Made by a program: the position numbers and the translations under genes. From positions 68,200,001 to 68,264,000 of the forward strand of contig NC_134474.1 in NCBI RefSeq assembly GCF_964194025.1: a stretch of DNA of 64,000 bases. The letters run 5' to 3'. This document shows, piece after piece, positions 1 through 14,088 of the stretch. The first letter of the stretch is position 1, and every line of letters starts with the position of its first letter. This DNA is from Convolutriloba macropyga (lineage: Eukaryota). Below the pieces are notes generated by a model that did not search any database, had not been told where the DNA came from, and was given only the letters and a program-made list of their open reading frames with translations.

Positions 1-3000
1 TTGTTCCCAAAACACCCATTCTATTAGCCTATTAATCACTGATGATAGATACTCACCCCAAACAAGGCTGGCTAGATCAATACTTACAACATAGCTGCCA
101 GATTGCAAGAAAATAGCTGCGATAGATTCCTAATGTTGTAGTCTCAAAACGCAAAGGAAAAACGCAAAGGAAAAACTTTTATAAAGAAAATGTGATGTCT
201 AAAATCGAAATAGACTGAAGTTTCGTTTTTAGAGGCTTCCCTCAAACAAACTTCACTTAAACAGGCATCCAAATTTGACGTTATTTTCTCAACGTAACAT
301 TGAAAGTCATGTTGAGAGCAACGCAAGCCATGTGTGGCAAAATCTATTCGCGCACATGAACAAAACGCACATTCAAACTAACTGCATGCATGAATGAGCA
401 GCTTATTTGAAGTGAGCGGGACGAAGAAAATACCAAAAAAATCGCTAAATGATTTAAGAAAATTTTTCTTTAAAACAAAAAAATGTAAATCTAAACTCTA
501 GAACAAACCAGCGGCAAGCTTAAAAAAGTTTCATCGACCTCTTGAACTCAAAAAAACACGAAAACTTCAACATTTTTGTAAATTGGGAAAAATTGGCCGC
601 ATCAAAACCGTCGCCGATTCAAATGTATAATTTGAAAGTTATGCTTCAAAATTGACTCATTCTTACAGAACTCGGCAAAAACTACCCGGAGGAACTCGGA
701 GGGTGAAAACCTGGCTGGACACAAAAAATTAGCAAGACAAAGAAGAAAAACGGACAGCAAATGATTTAAAATTTCACTTTTAAAACCAGCGAAGAATACG
801 AAGTCGATAAAATTCCTGAAGCAAACTTCTTGATTTTGTGGTGCTTAACTTATCCATTAACCCACGTACGAGCGTAAGAGTTCCAATGGCCACTAAAAAC
901 CCATAATTCCCAAAATTTTTGAAAAACTACAATTTTTGTGTTTAAATTGACAAAACATTCACCCCAAAAAGTACGGAAATACTTTTACTTGCACAAAGAC
1001 CTGTAGTAAGTGTGACCAAAATCAAGTGTATATTCATTTGTCAAAAAGATATAATAAAAAAAGCACAACATTGGGCAAAAAAGTGACCTTTTCACCTTGA
1101 ATTCAGGTATCCCCAGCAACTTATGTACAGTTAGTGTCTGGTGGACTACTAAAGCCAGCTAACAAAACCTAATGCAGCTTAATGCTTCCTTTACAAGTTT
1201 ATCCCCTTTTCGAAACCTCAAAGTGATTGAAAGAAATATGAGAGCACATCCAACCTCATACATATTCTTTGATATTTAAAAATGTAATAAATATCCCCAC
1301 TGGGGATATTAAATTCGAATGCAATTAAACTCCCCAGTCATCTATTGCCGTCGCAGCTGTTAACAGAAAGAGATAAAACTGCCGACTTTCATTTGGCGAC
1401 TATTATTGGCACTTTCTTCACTCCTTTCATTTTTATTAAAAAAAATACGCAGATTCACTTAAAGACCAACCAAGCTTTGTATAATCCAAAACAAAAGATA
1501 AATTCTGCAGCCTTGGATACGACAATGCAGTTCAAAACAGCTGTACCAAAAAGAGTAAAAACCAATGTTTTTATGAACAAACTTGTGTCCCTTTGTGTTT
1601 ATGAACAAACTACTCTGAAAACAGACAAAATTACTTATCCTCCAGCAGACAATAGTAATTATCCTCCCCAAATCACAATAAGCTATCTGTGAAATTCCAC
1701 TTAAAGCACCTGGTCAGGATTTTCAGTTTCCCTAACTCAAGACTTGCGCAAAAATTTGTGCAAAAACTTGAAATACGCAAAAATTCGTAGAAAGGGTAAG
1801 AGAAAAGCATATTTGGTGTTTGGACCTTTACCTCGGGAACATCGATTATCAGTTTTTTTTTTTATAGTTCTAGTTTTAAAAAACTTTTGAAATCGAAAAG
1901 CCTTGAGCAAAAAGTTTCATAATTTAGGGAAGATATCAACTATTGTGGACATTTTCTGAATTTTTTTCACATCTCTTTATCAATACTCTGAATCCCAATT
2001 TTTCGGTCATGAGGGCGCATTTTGAAATATTTTCAAATGAGGAAATAATTGTCCCCGACGTTGTGTTAGAAAAACAGCCTGAAATTACTTTAACCAGCAG
2101 CTGGAAGATTGCACAGGGCAAAGTTGATAAGCAAATGAAAACAAAAATGATCTTTTAGGGCACCAATTCAATCCAATTAGATTAGCTGTCTTCCCCATTC
2201 ATAAAAGTGGATCTAGCAGACAAATTTTGCGCGCAAAAATTTTCCCATGTTCGGTCACACTTAATTCTGTACACCAAATAAAAATTTGTTCTGAGAATAT
2301 TGTTCTTCGTGAAAAATAATGTTCCTCCAAACGCAGGCTTTTGAGATGTTCGTAACTGACATGTTGATGAATTAGCGAATTAACGGGTAATTGAAAAAAG
2401 GTGGAGGGAAACGTTTGCGGATTTCCAATATTTTTCCATATCCTCTTTGAAAATGAACCAATGAAGAAGATGCCTACAAGTTGCAAAAAATGACTTTGCT
2501 CATTTCCGTTTCGGGGTCCGCAACCAAGAAGGGCTAACCATACTTACGTTCCACGATACCAGATACAATAAAAATTCCCTGATACTTTTACTATTTTGTC
2601 TCGATACAGATTTTAACCTCGATTATTCTCGCATCAAGTAAGTTCAACTTGAGTCTATTAAAAAGATTATTGAACAGGTTCTAAATTAATATGGTCAAAA
2701 AGTTCGGCGCTCATTAGCATGGACATAAAGCGTGGACTTATTGCACGTAAAAGCTCCAAAAATAATTTGCAAGGAAAAGGTTTGCCAGTTAATTTTGATT
2801 TCTTTATAACAGTTTTGATGCCACTTGGATCTTAAGAGTGCTCAACGGCAACCTGGGGATATCCTATTAATAAAAAATCAATTTCTCCCCTTTTTTTCCC
2901 TTGAAAGAAGGTTGCATCACAATGTAAAGAGTTCAAATATGTTCCAAAAGACAGACTTTTCGCCCGAGCTCAACATAAGACGGAGAAAGTGAGATAATGA

Positions 3001-4201
3001 GCGACAATATTTAACATCGAACGGGATAAAAAAAACAAAAACAAGATATCAGACAAGCTGCTATGCTAAAATATCTCACATTCAGATGTAGTCAGAAACA
3101 AGGCATAGGGAGATTATCAGTGAAAATGAGAATAGCATCTGTAATTTCATGTTGAATACTATCATCTTCATCTTCGAATAATTGTCAGGCGCTAACTTAC
3201 ATTTGACCTTAATCGTAAACTGTGTCACAATCAGTGTCACATAATTATGATCAGATGCCAACAGTTCTTAATAAACTTACGCAAAAAACAATTAGCAAAT
3301 TTCTTAGTCAATTTATGCCAGTCAAACTGAAAAACTCGTGATAAGTCCAAAAGCAAAAAACTTTTTGGCAGCAATATCTCAGTTAAATGCTTAGTTCGCG
3401 AAATATAAGAAACGAGATTTTCCTTCATTTGCTTTCAACTGCCACCAAAAACACTTAAGCCAACACAAGAGACTAGCAGCTGATATTGGCAGCTGACTTT
3501 TTCATTAAATTCTGACACAACTTCGACTTCTGCGAATACGATTCAAATAAATATAATTTAAAGAGATCTTGCAAATAAATATCTCAACAAAAAACTAAGG
3601 TGAGTCAAATATCCGCTATAACGTGAGTTCCGAAAAACTTGCCGTTATTTTTCAAACAAAACGGGACAACGGTCGACAGTTAAAGTATGCGTTTATGTCA
3701 TATGTACCCAACCAAGCTGATTGAATTTTTCCCTATACTGAGATAGGGGGCTCTCTTTAATTGTTGACTCATGAAGCTTTCTAAATTCTGGCCTCACTGG
3801 TACCAAAAGCAAAAGGCATCTTTATTTAAATTTTCACAAAACCGCAGGCAAATATTTTATCGCAGGCAAACAGCGATCTCAGATTTCGTGTGTTGCCAAA
3901 ATCCGATAAGTTCAAATCAGTTACATCGAATTACTTAAAAATGAAAAGAACCCGTGATTGCCTTTGCTTGAATAACAAAATTTGCGATTAATTTCTTTCG
4001 ACAACAGAAGAACATGTTTCGGAAATAGTCAATTCTGTTAGACGATATAATTGCTCAAATTCTCTCTCTAATACAATTACAATATCAGTACAGGTAATAG
4101 CATCATAGTAACTGATTCTATTGTAGTTACTGCGTTAGAAGGAGGTTCATAAAAACAAAAACAGTGCATTGTTGTATCTATATCTGTGTAGGTTGTGAAG
4201 G

Positions 4202-6859
4202 TTATGCCCCGTGAAGTTTAAGGAAAGCGTTGTTCTGATTCATCTCTTCCAGCACTTGGTCGATATATGGTTCCAAATACCTGAAAAAAAATCATTTAGC
4301 CAGGATGTGCGCAGTTCCCAACAAGATTACCACTGGGTTTTTGTTATATTGTAAAAAAAACTTCGAGGCGAGGCTCTGTTCTAGAATAACTTTAAAACGT
4401 CGATAACAATAGTTTGTTGATGTTTCCAACCATCACTCATTTCGATTACAACAGTTGCATAACTAACGCCAGTTGTTGAATAGACTATCGAGTTCCAAGT
4501 ACTTTTGATTCTCTCCCCCCCCCCCCCATTAAGGACCAAGGGATTTAAGCGAAAGAAACAAATCGTTCACGTTCTGGGTTACGTACTCATGCTTTTGAAT
4601 TCGCATTTCATGCAATTTAGTGGCAACACCGCTTGTGCCGCACTGAGTCTGTTCTTTGCTAACTGTAAATTGTGTCGTAATCTAAAACCACGCTGAAACT
4701 TTTAGCAATTAAGCGGGGTTGGTTTCCATGGGATTTTTTTCCTGTTTTTTTTTGTTTACGTAGAATGGGGAGGGGTATTCACTCGTTTCTTTCCGATACT
4801 GGTTCTTACGCTGTTTATAATGAAGCAAATGGCGGATCCACCCCAAAAAAAAATTAGTGAAAATCGTTTCGTGCTTCTACATCGTCTATATCCAAATGAC
4901 AATAAAGCCAAAAATTCAAGGAGAAAACTGCAAAAAATCATTAACTCACAATTCATCGATTCCATTTGCAACTCAATGAATGCCAATTAAAGATATAAAT
5001 CACTGCATTGAGACCAATAAAGATAGCTTTAAAAAAATCGGATCTATTCTGTCCTAACCCAGCCCCCTCCCCCCCCCCCCCCCCACCCCCCTAAGTGTTT
5101 TTTATGACCCCAAGTTACAAATTATATGTTGTTATTTACCACGTTACTATGTAAGAAAATAGCACGTGCGCCCGGGGGTCATAAAAGATTTTTGCTCACT
5201 AAGCGGGGGGGGGAGGAGGGGGAGGATGGGCGAAACATAATGGATCCCAAAAATGACATTCTTTCATTCTCACCTGACATCTTCATGTGGTTTAGTCCAT
5301 TCGTCCTCTGGCAGTATTCTCTGTTTCATCTGTAGTTCCATCGCAATTCTGATCCTGTAGATCCTCTCATATTTTAAGTCATCAGGCAACCTCTCTAGAG
5401 CCTTTTCAACAAGGTTACTAAAATAAACTTTCAGTGAATTCATTTCAGTTGAATGCTGTCGTAGTTGAGGGAGACGGAAAATGTTAAAACTTTAGGACTC
5501 TGCACACACCATTTATGTACCATGAAATTTTAAGAGAAATATGTTGTTCTGACCCCACAGTAGTGTGGAAAAAATGCGTCTTCAGCCCACTTGGTTTAAA
5601 TTTGGCGGAATTAAAGACCCATAAACAGCTGACACAACCTTTGTGAAGGGCATAATAGGGCAAGTTTTACTTCCGTTTCTTTTGAGATTGCACTGGAATT
5701 AAAATGCGGCTAAGTAAAATCGATAATTATCCAAAATGCATTTTTCATTCTTGATACATTGAATTTTTTGGCAAACTAATCATTACAGATCTGCAGTCTC
5801 AAAAATAAAAAGAAACCGACCAAAAAGAAATTTCTTTTTATTAAATGCTGTGATGTTATATTTTGATTAAGAATCTGTTTGAGTACTGCTGCTTCTATTA
5901 GAAGCTGCTCTCAAATAACCTTCAATTAGAGTGACACGCACTCACTTGACTGACTTCTCTTGATCTCTTTGTAATAAAGTAAACAAAAACTCAGTTTCAG
6001 AGTCAGAAAGTCATTATTGAGAGTGAGCACGCGTGAAAGTCACGCGTGACCAAAAAACTTAATCACACGAATGAACAAAAAACTCGCTCCAATAAGAGTG
6101 AAAAATGACGTTACGCACTCCATTCAGTTGAAATTACATGAACGAATGAACAAAAAGCAGATTTGAAGTGATTGTGACGACACATGCTCGTAACAAAAAC
6201 CAAGAGAAGGCCAATGAGAGCCCCAGCTATTGCTGTGCGGCTATTAATAAATGAACCGATGTGACAACACTAATACCTAATCGAGGAAAAATCACCAAAT
6301 GAAAAATAGGAGACTTTTCTGTAATCTTAAATCAAGCCCATAATTGTACACTTCAGCAATCCAATTACACTGAGGTAATGACAGAGCGACATAGCAATGC
6401 GTGCTAAGCCAGAAATTCAATCTAATTGCTTGAAAAACTGGTTCGGAATTAATTAAAATCTACTGGCGAGTGTTTCAGCCGTGATCAAGATCCATATCTA
6501 CATCATATGACAGCAAATACCAACTCAAGCGGATGAAAACCAAAAAAATGCACCTCAACCTAGGTCTTGGTTGGAAGTTTGGAGTAGCACCCATTAAGAG
6601 AAGCATAGTGCCATTTCATATTCAAATGAACTTAATTGCATAATAATAAAAGGTAAACTAACTTAGAGGCCCCATCCTCCATAATACAGTCGTCATGCAG
6701 GAGTCCCAATTGACACCACTGGTTCTTGTAGTAAACGTACTTCTGCAGTCTGTATTTGATCTTATCGAAAATACTCGCATCCTCGGGTAGACGAGGCAGG
6801 TAGACTCTTCCAGGGTAGTTCCACTTCACGGCCGCCCGAACAACAGAGGTCAAACGCAT
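4202..6859 (-). CDS. UQCRB: Cytochrome b-c1 complex subunit 7 (3 coding exons: 6859-6663, 5417-5274, 4280-4202; 139 aa)
   Basis: GT-AG junctions join in frame (AA|gttagt...tag|T and AG|gtgag...ttcag|G). The product ...QLGLLHDDCIMEDGASNNLVEKALERLPDDLKYERIYRIRIAMELQMKQRILPEDEWTKPHEDVRYLEPYIDQVLEEM... matches the QCR7/UQCRB pattern (GLxxDD, RLP, ILPxxxWTK, YLEPY). An acceptor (ttttcag) lies 8 nt upstream of the ATG. Confidence 0.95.
5040..5248. mobile_element. MITE with GGATCTATTC termini and inner poly-C/poly-G arms (in UQCRB intron 2)
   Basis: Begins ggatctattc and ends in a degenerate ataatggatcc. The internal core cacgttactatgtaa..aaaatagcacgtgcgcc is shared with 23366-23535 and, inverted, with 12921-13076. 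Confidence 0.7.
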
Positions 6860-6910
6860 TCTAAGGTCTGAAAAGGTATATGCAAGATACCAATTACAGT
6901 CCCGTAGACA

Positions 6911-7436
6911 ACAAACCGACTAACGTCGGACAATTTGCTCTCGAACGACAGGCCGGGCAATTCAGAAGGGTCTGAAGCCTAGAGAATTCTTTATGGGTGA
7001 CAAAATATCGACAAAGGAGCAGTTCGAACCCTTGACCTCCGGTGTAAAAGACTGCACCATTTTACACTCGTTAACCAGGGCCTTGTTAAGCCTCATCTTA
7101 CAATCGGTTTTGTTATAGCCACAGACTAAATTTCTGAATAAGAGCAATTTAGGTCACAAAAAAAATAAAGATGTCAAGCGTGAAAAAATCACTCTAAAAG
7201 TTAAATCGAACGAATGTTCTAGAATAAAACGGTCAAGCAAAAATTTTGCATGAAAAATAAAAGTTTGCAATAAATGATTAGTAGTTGGTAATATATGCTA
7301 TCCATTAAAAAAATTGCAATAAATCTCCCGATTTAAAATCGTGAAAATTGCGTGATTTTTTACAATTTTTTTTAAGGTGGCTGGATAGCAAATATTGCTC
7401 ACTACTTTGATTCAACCTTCTTTCGAGAGCAATAAA
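6911..7436 (-). mobile_element. Non-autonomous Helentron/Helitron2-like (HINE) element with tRNA-like cassette
   Basis: Hairpin ccgac-taac-gtcgg next to the subterminal repeat ttgctctcgaa at the left; matching ttcgagagcaa at the right terminus; tRNA-like segment at 7011-7082. Confidence 0.75.
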
Positions 7437-8735
7437 TACGGCAGTAAATACGAATTTTTGGATTTCGCCCTTAATGCCCTTTGGAGTACTAAAAATTTTA
7501 CAACAGATCTCAGAGTTATGATTTGACAAAATGACAAAAAGAGTCAGTGATTCTTTTGATAACAATTTAAAAAGCATTATTTTTCTTTATACGTGAATAC
7601 CATTTGGAAGCCATATCATCAAGCAAAGATCAGCAGGTGCTGCGAACTGCTCAGGTATGTTTAACCCTCAAATAGATACGAAATAATTCAACTTCTCTTT
7701 GAAATCACAGTTTAACTTACCCCGACGTTAAAAAAAACATTGAATTTTTTAATTTGTTTGAGATTGTTAAACTGATTTTCTGGCAAAACTATCAAATCAC
7801 ATATCACAATTCATACAAAAAGTAGCGTCAAGGATTTTCAAAACAGTGAGCTACTCATTCTTTTTTCTCTAAACACAGGCGCTCAAACCAGTACTGTTTA
7901 TTAAAAACTATGGACTTCTCTCTGTTCGTGCAATGGTGAAAAAGACAAACAAGGCCGCGTAGCAAAGAGCCGCGTAGCAAAAATTTGTGATCCAAAAAAC
8001 CCAACCTTTAACACGATCTTTGACTTTGATCTATGGTCCTCTTATTTATCACAAACTCATGAAAAATTGAATCTGCGTCGGATTATTAAGGAAATTACGG
8101 CTTACCATTAGAGATTTTGATGTAATCGAGTTCCGCAACAACAACTTACAGTACACAGAAAAAGTGTCGAATATACAACACAAATTTCGTCGAATATACC
8201 AGTAAATCCACGATTCGTCTTAATTTCACTTCAAGGCGCAAAAAGTATCTGCAAAAAAGAAAGACAATTTTTGTTTGCCTTCCAAAACAAAAATCAAATC
8301 AATTTTTGTTAATTTTTTATCAGCACTAAATCCGAAAATTTATCTAATATATATTAAAATAAATCAAAACATTATTTTTTATCAATCGTTCATTAAAATG
8401 TTGTTGTTTCCAATACCTCAATCTTTTGGCCCATCCGAACCGTTCCAATTACAAACTCACGACCAATAGAAACCATTATGGGAAGAGTATCTACAAGAGA
8501 TAAACCAAAATGATGTATAATTCTACTTCTAAAAAGTACTTTGAAAGTTACAAGCTTTTATCCGTTTTTCTCCCTCTTTCTGTCAATTTTAGTTTTTTTG
8601 GTTAAATTTTTTCATTGCAGCGACCAGTTTGTAAACAACTAAAAGGAGTATCATGGAAAATTTGCAGTTAAAATGAGATGCATCAAAGCAAACGTCGAGA
8701 AATTATCTGCAGGTTAGTTTTTCGTAAAAAAAGCC

Positions 8736-9108
8736 TAATCGACTAACCTCGGGCAAATTGCTCTCAAATGACTGCTGAGCGGTCAAAATCTAGCTAAGGT
8801 TTAGGGAAGCCAGCTTTAGCTTAATTGAGGGGAGGTAAAGTGGGGGACGGGGTAAAGGGGGTCATACTCTAATAACCGCCCTTACCGTCATGAATTTTCT
8901 GTCTCCGAAACAGTTTTGTTGAATTGCATAGTTAGAGTCTAGTAAGCCGAAAGGCTCTAAGAGCCCTTAATGCCCTCCGGGTATTACCTATTCATCCCGT
9001 TTTTGAGCACGAGAAGTCAAATGGGTTAGACGAAAAACATAAAATATTTACAAATATAATATATATACGACTAATATAATTGCTATAATTTTCGTTTGAG
9101 AGCAATTT
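8736..9108 (-). mobile_element. HINE-like element (no tRNA cassette)
   Basis: Degenerate hairpin plus aattgctctcaaa at the left, tttgagagcaatt at the right; interior homologous to 19690-20060. Confidence 0.75.
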
Positions 9109-9786
9109 TTTAACCTTTTAATTATTGCTAATTTCTAACAGCTTTTTTAAATTTTCTTTTGTGATTGATAATTTTAATTTCAATTGTTTTTAAAATAAGT
9201 ACGTTCTTCTTTTGAATAGAACTTTCGCAGCAAATAGCAAGGCCGAATATACCTGAATTTAATCAAGAAATTTTTATGTCAATATAAAACGCATTTGTTT
9301 TTTAAAGCAAAGTGGCAGAGACTGATGACAAAAAAATTACTGTAAGTCACTACAATTTAAAATCAAACAATGATTTCAAAAAAGTTTCCTTTCTAATGAA
9401 GTAGCAACTGTCTGCCCCCGAATAACTTTTTGTGGTAAATTTTTCCGGCGCTCAAAAAGTATGTTAAACTGAAGTTTTTGGAAGCAGACTTAGTATCAAT
9501 TTCTAACAACTTAAAAGTGTTTATCAACTCTTCAGTTTCAGCAAAAAACATAAATCACCTTTTAGTTGCAGTTTTTAACCATTTCAGTTGAGTAAAAACA
9601 GTCAATTCACTCAATTTTTCGCTCAGTTAAACTCACACAGATAAAAGTCCTCAAAGCAGCTTTATGTAATTTAAACCTGTCTACATATTCTCAAAGTGAG
9701 ACGTGTGCATCAGTAGACAAATTTTAAGAGGAACAGACGCATTCGATTAATTATCATTATTGTTCGACAAAAAACAGACTGTAATT

Positions 9787-10147
9787 GAACATAAACCGAC
9801 TAATGGCGAAAGAATTGCTCTCGAACGACAGGCGGGTAGAAAAACATTTGAACTCGCCGGGATTCGAACCACTGACCACCTGATCCATAACCAGATTCAC
9901 TCCCCACTCGTCCATGCGACCCTCATTTTTGCTATGCTGTAACTGACTTTATATTAGCAACAAGCTTTACTTCGCAGTTAGAGCAATAGAGATCACTCAA
10001 AAATGAAGAACGAAAGCGTGAAAAAGTCACTTGAGAAGTCAAAGAATGTTCTAGAAGAAAAGCGCAAAATGGTCAGGCAAAAAATTTGGATAAAAAAGAC
10101 CAACACGTTTACAATAATTGCTATGAACTTCGTTCAAGAGCAATTAA
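9787..10147 (-). mobile_element. HINE-like element with tRNA-like cassette
   Basis: aattgctctcgaacga ... tcgttcaagagcaattaa; ~90% identical to 14819-15177 outside the cassette. Confidence 0.8.
9851..9922 (-). pseudogene. tRNA-derived (Arg-like) Pol III head inside a HINE
   Basis: Minus strand has A-box-like TGGACGAGTGG, anticodon arm TCTGG-TTATGGA-TCAGG (resembling tRNA-Arg TCTGACTACGGATCAGA) and a perfect B box GGTTCGAATCC. The acceptor stem is imperfect. Confidence 0.65.
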
Positions 10148-10645
10148 CCACTCTTTTTAATTCAAATTTTGCTATATTTCTGCCTTCTAACAAAAAGCTA
10201 ATTTACATTTGCTGAGAATTTTTCATTAACATAGCCAAATAATAACCTATTTTTAAAATATTTATCTAAAATAAATTCTTAGCTTGAAGATGAAGTGTTT
10301 TTAAGCTAAGCGTAAATGACACGCTACAAAGTCAAAATTTAAAAATCAATTTTTCTTCCAGAAATGCAAAATTTGAAAAGTCTCTTTAAGGATCAATTCA
10401 GTTTCAAAAGCTTTTCAAAGATACCACTTTTGTACATCTCCGCAAAAGGTGTCCGTTGATTTAACATAAAAGTAGGGCTGGCATAAATGGTCGGCTGGAA
10501 TAATAATCAGCATTTACTTGATTAACACTTAAAAACAAAATTGCCCTTTTCATTTTGCAGAAAAAATTGCAATAGCGACAGATCTTGAAATTGATGAAAA
10601 CTATTGGCTTAAAACAAATTTCTTTTGAGCAGATGGTAAATAAAT

Positions 10646-11662
10646 TCACATATCAAGCGGACAACCACTCATAAATTTTTCGAAATTCTGATCAACTGTC
10701 TTTTTCAATCTGCAAACAAAAAGTGGCCCCCAATTACACTGTACAGTAGGCACAACCAACACTCCATTTTCAGGTCTCCGCACATTCAGAAACTTCTCGA
10801 ATGTTCTAGAAACATCAACATGTTCCACCACGACACAACTTTTCACTGATGACTCACTCACCAACCAGTCAATGACGTCACAATTTTGGCGCTTGTCCAA
10901 GGTACAAGTAGAGTAAACAACATAACCCCCAACTTTACAACTTCGAACAGCTGACAGCAGAAGCTGTCTTTGCAACAATGACAGATCGTCTTGAGACCGG
11001 AACACCTGCTCAGGTGTGACTTGATTGTGGAAAAGGTATCTCTCATTCAAGCAAGGGGCATCAACAAGTACCCTGTCGAAACTTGACTCGAAAAAGTCTC
11101 CAAAATCAATTCCATCCAAACTCGATATATCACAAGTTATATCTCGATTTGTTGCATAATTTTGAATAGTTTCCTGCAGTCGCCATCTGCGTTCACACAA
11201 CACCTCATTTGTAACGATAGCGCTGTTCTTTTTACAGGTCCACGCTATGAGACAAGTTTTAGCGCCAGGGCTGGCACACATATCTAAGACTCTCATACAT
11301 CTCGAATCAGGCGAACCTTGAAATGGCTCGTCTAATTTCAAAGCATCAACACTCAGAGCTGAAGACAAGCTCATAAAAATGAGGGGTCGGAACCTTCTGT
11401 CCCCGAAGAATGGGCTGGATTTTAATTTCTGATCGAAAAGTAACCCCTCTAAGCTTTTCCACTCAATAGCCTCACTAGCTTTTTCTCTCCAGAGACGCTT
11501 AGAAAGGTCAGTTAGGCTCGGGTTCAACCAAGCAAAATGGGGACGCTGCTTGTTTGCGAGATAAGCGCTTTCCACTTCGTCCCATGTATTCCGATCGAAA
11601 TATTGTGAACAAGTTTTGTTGATATATTGTCTCAGAAAATATGGATCTTTCCACTTTTTCAT
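10646..11662 (-). CDS. NSUN3: NOL1/NOP2/Sun-family m5C RNA methyltransferase, NSUN3/NSUN4 type (NSUN3-like), single coding exon, 338 aa
   Basis: Motifs VLDMCASPGAKT, FDRVLVDAPC, VVYSTCTL and a C-terminal GVLVVP..NWGPLFVCRLKK. Length and WGP favour NSUN3 over NSUN4. Confidence 0.8.
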   Translation of the reverse strand: MKKWKDPYFLRQYINKTCSQYFDRNTWDEVESAYLANKQRPHFAWLNPSLTDLSKRLWREKASEAIEWKSLEGLLFDQKLKSSPFFGDRRFRPLIFMSLSSALSVDALKLDEPFQGSPDSRCMRVLDMCASPGAKTCLIAWTCKKNSAIVTNEVLCERRWRLQETIQNYATNRDITCDISSLDGIDFGDFFESSFDRVLVDAPCLNERYLFHNQVTPEQVFRSQDDLSLLQRQLLLSAVRSCKVGGYVVYSTCTLDKRQNCDVIDWLVSESSVKSCVVVEHVDVSRTFEKFLNVRRPENGVLVVPTVQCNWGPLFVCRLKKTVDQNFEKFMSGCPLDM

Positions 11663-12099
11663 TGTTGCATATCGATGCCATCCTTACATCTGCAAAAGAT
11701 TTCAGATCTATTGTTTCGGGCCCCAGCTTAGTGAGCATACAACTTTTATCAATTACTTCCCACTCGACCCCACCTCACACCCAACCCCCCTCCCCCTCCC
11801 CCCCCCCACCTCAAAAGATGCTTGTGCTATTCTTTTTACAGAGTATCGTAATAAAAGCATTATGTAATTCTGGGGCATAAAAAAACTAATTCTACCTCTA
11901 GGCATGCTCAGTAAAATTCCTCTCGCACTCACGAAAAAAAACCTATATCAAGATCCTGACTAGCACAATTAACTATCTCAGATCTATTTTAACCAAACTA
12001 ATTAAGAATTCAGCCCAACGAATTCCGAGCAGCTCTGAAATTCTAGATAGGAGTTCCGCTGTATGGCTGAAAAAAGAAACGCCTATATTGTAAAACAAG

Positions 12100-12640
12100 G
12101 ATTTTTTATATTTTTGGGGATCATGCCGTTTCATGTCGAATCGCAGCGACGTCATTTCGCATCATGGTAGAGTAAGAGACGCAATAATGGCAGCTTGCAC
12201 GTCAGCTAATCTCTGCTGTTTGCAAGCAGAAACATCTAACAGAAAACAATTCAAGACCAGCAGACGTGTATTTGTTCAGTTTTATTGCAGGACAACCCGC
12301 AGCTTTAGACGTCACCATTTTGTCCCTCTGCAAGCCCGTCTCATATCAGATTGGGCGAACAAGTGCCGCTAAGCTCTTAGCCTAGATGAAGACAGAAAAA
12401 TTGAGAAAAGTCATAAATACAGCGAGATGGGTATACACTTCATCCCATTGGCATTAGAAATTTTTGGCTGACTATTTGGAGCAATGAGGAAAACATTCAA
12501 AAGAATTCCTCTATTAGCCGATAACAGAGGTATGCAGCCCTCAAGACTATTGACAGCCTCCATTCGGCTCATTTAGGTATCAATAAGCACCATGCGTGGC
12601 ACAACCACCATGCTTATTGCTAGGGACACACGATTCTAAG
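12100..12640 (+). mobile_element. Decayed 3' fragment of a CRE-clade non-LTR retrotransposon (CCHC knuckle plus restriction-like endonuclease)
   Basis: Frameshifted pieces GDHAVSC, DVISHHGRVRDAIMAAC, NSRPADVYL, AALDVTILS, EDRKIEK and GIHFIPLALEIFG occur in the order typical of CRE RLE domains. Confidence 0.75.
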
Positions 12641-12920
12641 CCACAAATGAAAAGTGGACTTTCACTTGTGTTAAATTCTATACCAATGAAGCTGCATCGC
12701 CCCATTAGAGTGATTAAACTCTATACTTTTTTGTCTCAACCAAAGCGCTCAACCAATACTTTCCCAATAAAAAATCTAAATCAGACGCGAAGCTTCCATT
12801 GTTTGCTAAAGTTGCTGCTAACTTCTAAAGGCGCAAAATAATTTTTTTCTTAATTCCAACCTCTTAAAAAATAATCAGTTGGATATCTTAGGAAGAACTC
12901 AAAGTCTATTAAATCCCGTT

Positions 12921-13076
12921 GTATCTATTCTCTCCCCTACAGCTTACTTGGTATACAATTTTTAAATCCCACTGGCCCACGTACTATAAATTTACATAGT
13001 AACGTGCTGCATAACAACAGTTTGTTACTGGGGCGGGGGCATAAACACCAAAGGGGAGCCAAAATAGAATAGATCC
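12921..13076. mobile_element. Diverged, inverted copy of the GGATCTATTC MITE
   Basis: gtatctattc...gaatagatcc; internal cacgtactat..ttacatagtaacgtg is the reverse complement of the core at ~5138-5168. Confidence 0.55.
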
Positions 13077-14088
13077 ATCCGTATTTGCCAAAAAACAAAC
13101 ACAGACAGCAAACCAATCAGAAATCGAATAAAAGAAGTCATGCAATTTCCAACTCTAAATCTTAATTAATAACCAAAAATAAAAAGAGAACAAGAAACAA
13201 TTTGTATGAGTCTTTCACCTCGTATTGCTGCCTTTCTACAGGTACTGAAAAACGCAAGACGTTTTTCGAAAGGATAGAAATCATAAACAGTTAATGGCAC
13301 TGAGCATGAAAGATCCGTATGTCCAAAACGCAAATATATATTTCGAAAAAAAAATTATATGAAATATATATTTCCATTTTGTTTCCACAAACAAGGAGCA
13401 AGCACGTCACAGACAGACTGATTTAGTGCCAGATTAATAATCAAAACAAACAACAAAGACCTAATATATCATGTGACGACTGGAAACAAAGTCTTATAAA
13501 CAACCGCTTCAGTCTAGTGAACAAGACATACATCACTAGAACCCGAGCTATCAACAAAACGTCAAACTTTATACTCAAAAACTTTGATAAAATCTGGGTT
13601 TGAATCCAATGCTGTATTAGAGAATCGGACAAAACAAAAAGTTTCAACCTTGAGACAAGCAGCAAAATAAAAGAATTAGAAGCCATTTTTTTTAAAAACA
13701 AATACACATTCATTAACATATTTTTCTCATTTTTTTTTGTTTTTGGGCGCTGTCTTTTTACAATTGCATTAGGAGTATTGGAGAAGTGTCTTGTTAATCT
13801 TTTTTATTGGAGCGAATATTGAAGCAGGAAATGAAACGCGTGAAAAATCCTGGAGTGCTTTGTTTGCTGTACAAAACTGAAGATTAGAGCTATGTGTTTT
13901 TTTTGTTCACATCGCTGTTTCGAAAGAGCGAGAAGTTGAGATGTGAATATAATTCAGCAAGCGAGCAAAAGTTTTTGGTTCACGAGAGGCTTTTCAAGTT
14001 TTCTAAAAATTTTGGTTTCGAGATTTGATTATGATATATTATCATACATGATATACATATATGATTATTACTTTTAGTGTTAAAATTG

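Noticed and set aside
1345-1692. 115-aa ORF and a nearby 21-bp palindrome (1290-1310)
   Set aside because: Non-ATG start, no recognisable motif, and a single isolated palindrome.
7600-7950. Plus-strand donor (caggtatgt ~7652) and acceptor (~7879) suggesting a divergent transcript
   Set aside because: No ORF support; such sites arise by chance.
4202-11662. Functional clustering of two mitochondrial genes (UQCRB, NSUN3-like)
   Set aside because: Two neighbours are compatible with chance; no shared regulatory evidence.
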